Shown piece after piece: positions 24,525 through 25,082 of a stretch of DNA of 25,082 nucleotides. Under the pieces are notes generated by a model that worked only from the letters and a program-made list of their open reading frames with translations, did no database searches and had not been told where the DNA came from. The translations under genes were made by a program, and so were the position numbers. Source of the stretch: Thermoplasmata archaeon (GTDB taxonomy: Archaea > Thermoplasmatota > Thermoplasmata > Lutacidiplasmatales > UBA184); assembly GCA_030042815.1 (NCBI GenBank), contig JASHYY010000104.1, forward strand, positions 1 to 25,082. Reading direction: 5' to 3'. Position 1 is the first letter of the stretch. Each line of letters begins with the position of its first letter.

Positions 24525-24863
24525 ATGGCCCGATCGCCGGACGACGCGGCGTCCGAGCTCCGGGAGGAGATGGTGGAGCTCCTGCGACAGCTCAACCGCG
24601 CCGAGATGGAGGAGCCGGACGGGGAGGGGCTCGAGCTCCTCGAGCTTCACCACTTCCTGGCCCGAGGACCGTACCCCCGGGTCACCCCCGACCAGGTCGC
24701 CGAGGCGGTCTCCGTGCTCCTCGCGAACGGCTTCACCCAGGTTCGGGGTGACCCCGAGTACGCCTGGGACCGCGGGCGCGTCCTGGGAACGCGCTACCTC
24801 ATCACCACCGAGGGGAAGCGGTTCCTCATCTCCCGGCTCGCGCGCGTCAATCGGGTAGAGTGA
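24525..24863 (+). CDS. Hypothetical winged-helix-like protein
   Basis: VAEAVSVLLANGF...YLITTEGKRFL resembles a wHTH recognition helix and wing. Confidence 0.65.
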   Translation: MARSPDDAASELREEMVELLRQLNRAEMEEPDGEGLELLELHHFLARGPYPRVTPDQVAEAVSVLLANGFTQVRGDPEYAWDRGRVLGTRYLITTEGKRFLISRLARVNRVE

Positions 24864-24920
24864 ACCGGCTCGTCGGCGGAACCGGATTTAAGTAGAGGAA
24901 GGCGGCGTAGCATACGGCGC

Positions 24921-25082
24921 ATGCCGACCGGGGAGCGCCCGGACCCGATCCGCGCCACCCTGGTCGCGATCCTCCAGCAGCTGAACCGGGCCGAGTCGAT
25001 CCACGAAGGCCGGGCCCGCGACCAGACGCTCGAGCTTCCGGACCTGGAGCGCCTTCTCCATCGGTTCTGGGCGGTGGAGGCG
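24921..25082 (+). CDS. 5' part of a paralog of the 24525 gene (3'-truncated by the window edge)
   Basis: MPTGERPDPIRATLVAILQQLNRAESIHEGRARDQTLELPDLERLL shares L-x-QLNRAE and LEL with the upstream gene. TTTAAG at 24887-24892 lies about 29 nt before the ATG. Confidence 0.7.
   Translation, partial: MPTGERPDPIRATLVAILQQLNRAESIHEGRARDQTLELPDLERLLHRFWAVEA

Overview
Very GC-rich archaeal chromosomal window. A Thermoplasmatota-like origin is inferred from ArcS, an archaeal-type TrpRS, a single-OB SSB, a tRNA without encoded CCA, and TATA-type promoters. No mobile element, CRISPR array or rRNA was seen. It holds about 24 CDSs and one tRNA-Val(TAC). The main system is a six-gene polyphosphate island at 5835-11438: PhoU-like, SixA, two tandem 'thymidylate kinase-like' genes, Ppx/GppA-HD and CHAD. 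One kinase has an intact P-loop and the other has a Lys-to-Arg substitution, fitting a heteromeric PPK3-type polyphosphate kinase rather than a dTMP kinase. Other oddities: arcS ends inside the D-loop of a tRNA, just past G15; carA has no canonical start codon (probable ACG); two long structured 5' leaders may switch SD access (glycosyltransferase-MscS operon, SSB); a glutaredoxin-like/Lrp-RAM fusion lacks an HTH; an orphan wHTH-fused DNA methyltransferase; TrpRS with degenerate HIGH and KMSKS motifs; and several small Cys-rich or wHTH proteins. All family calls come from motif recognition by eye, with no database search.
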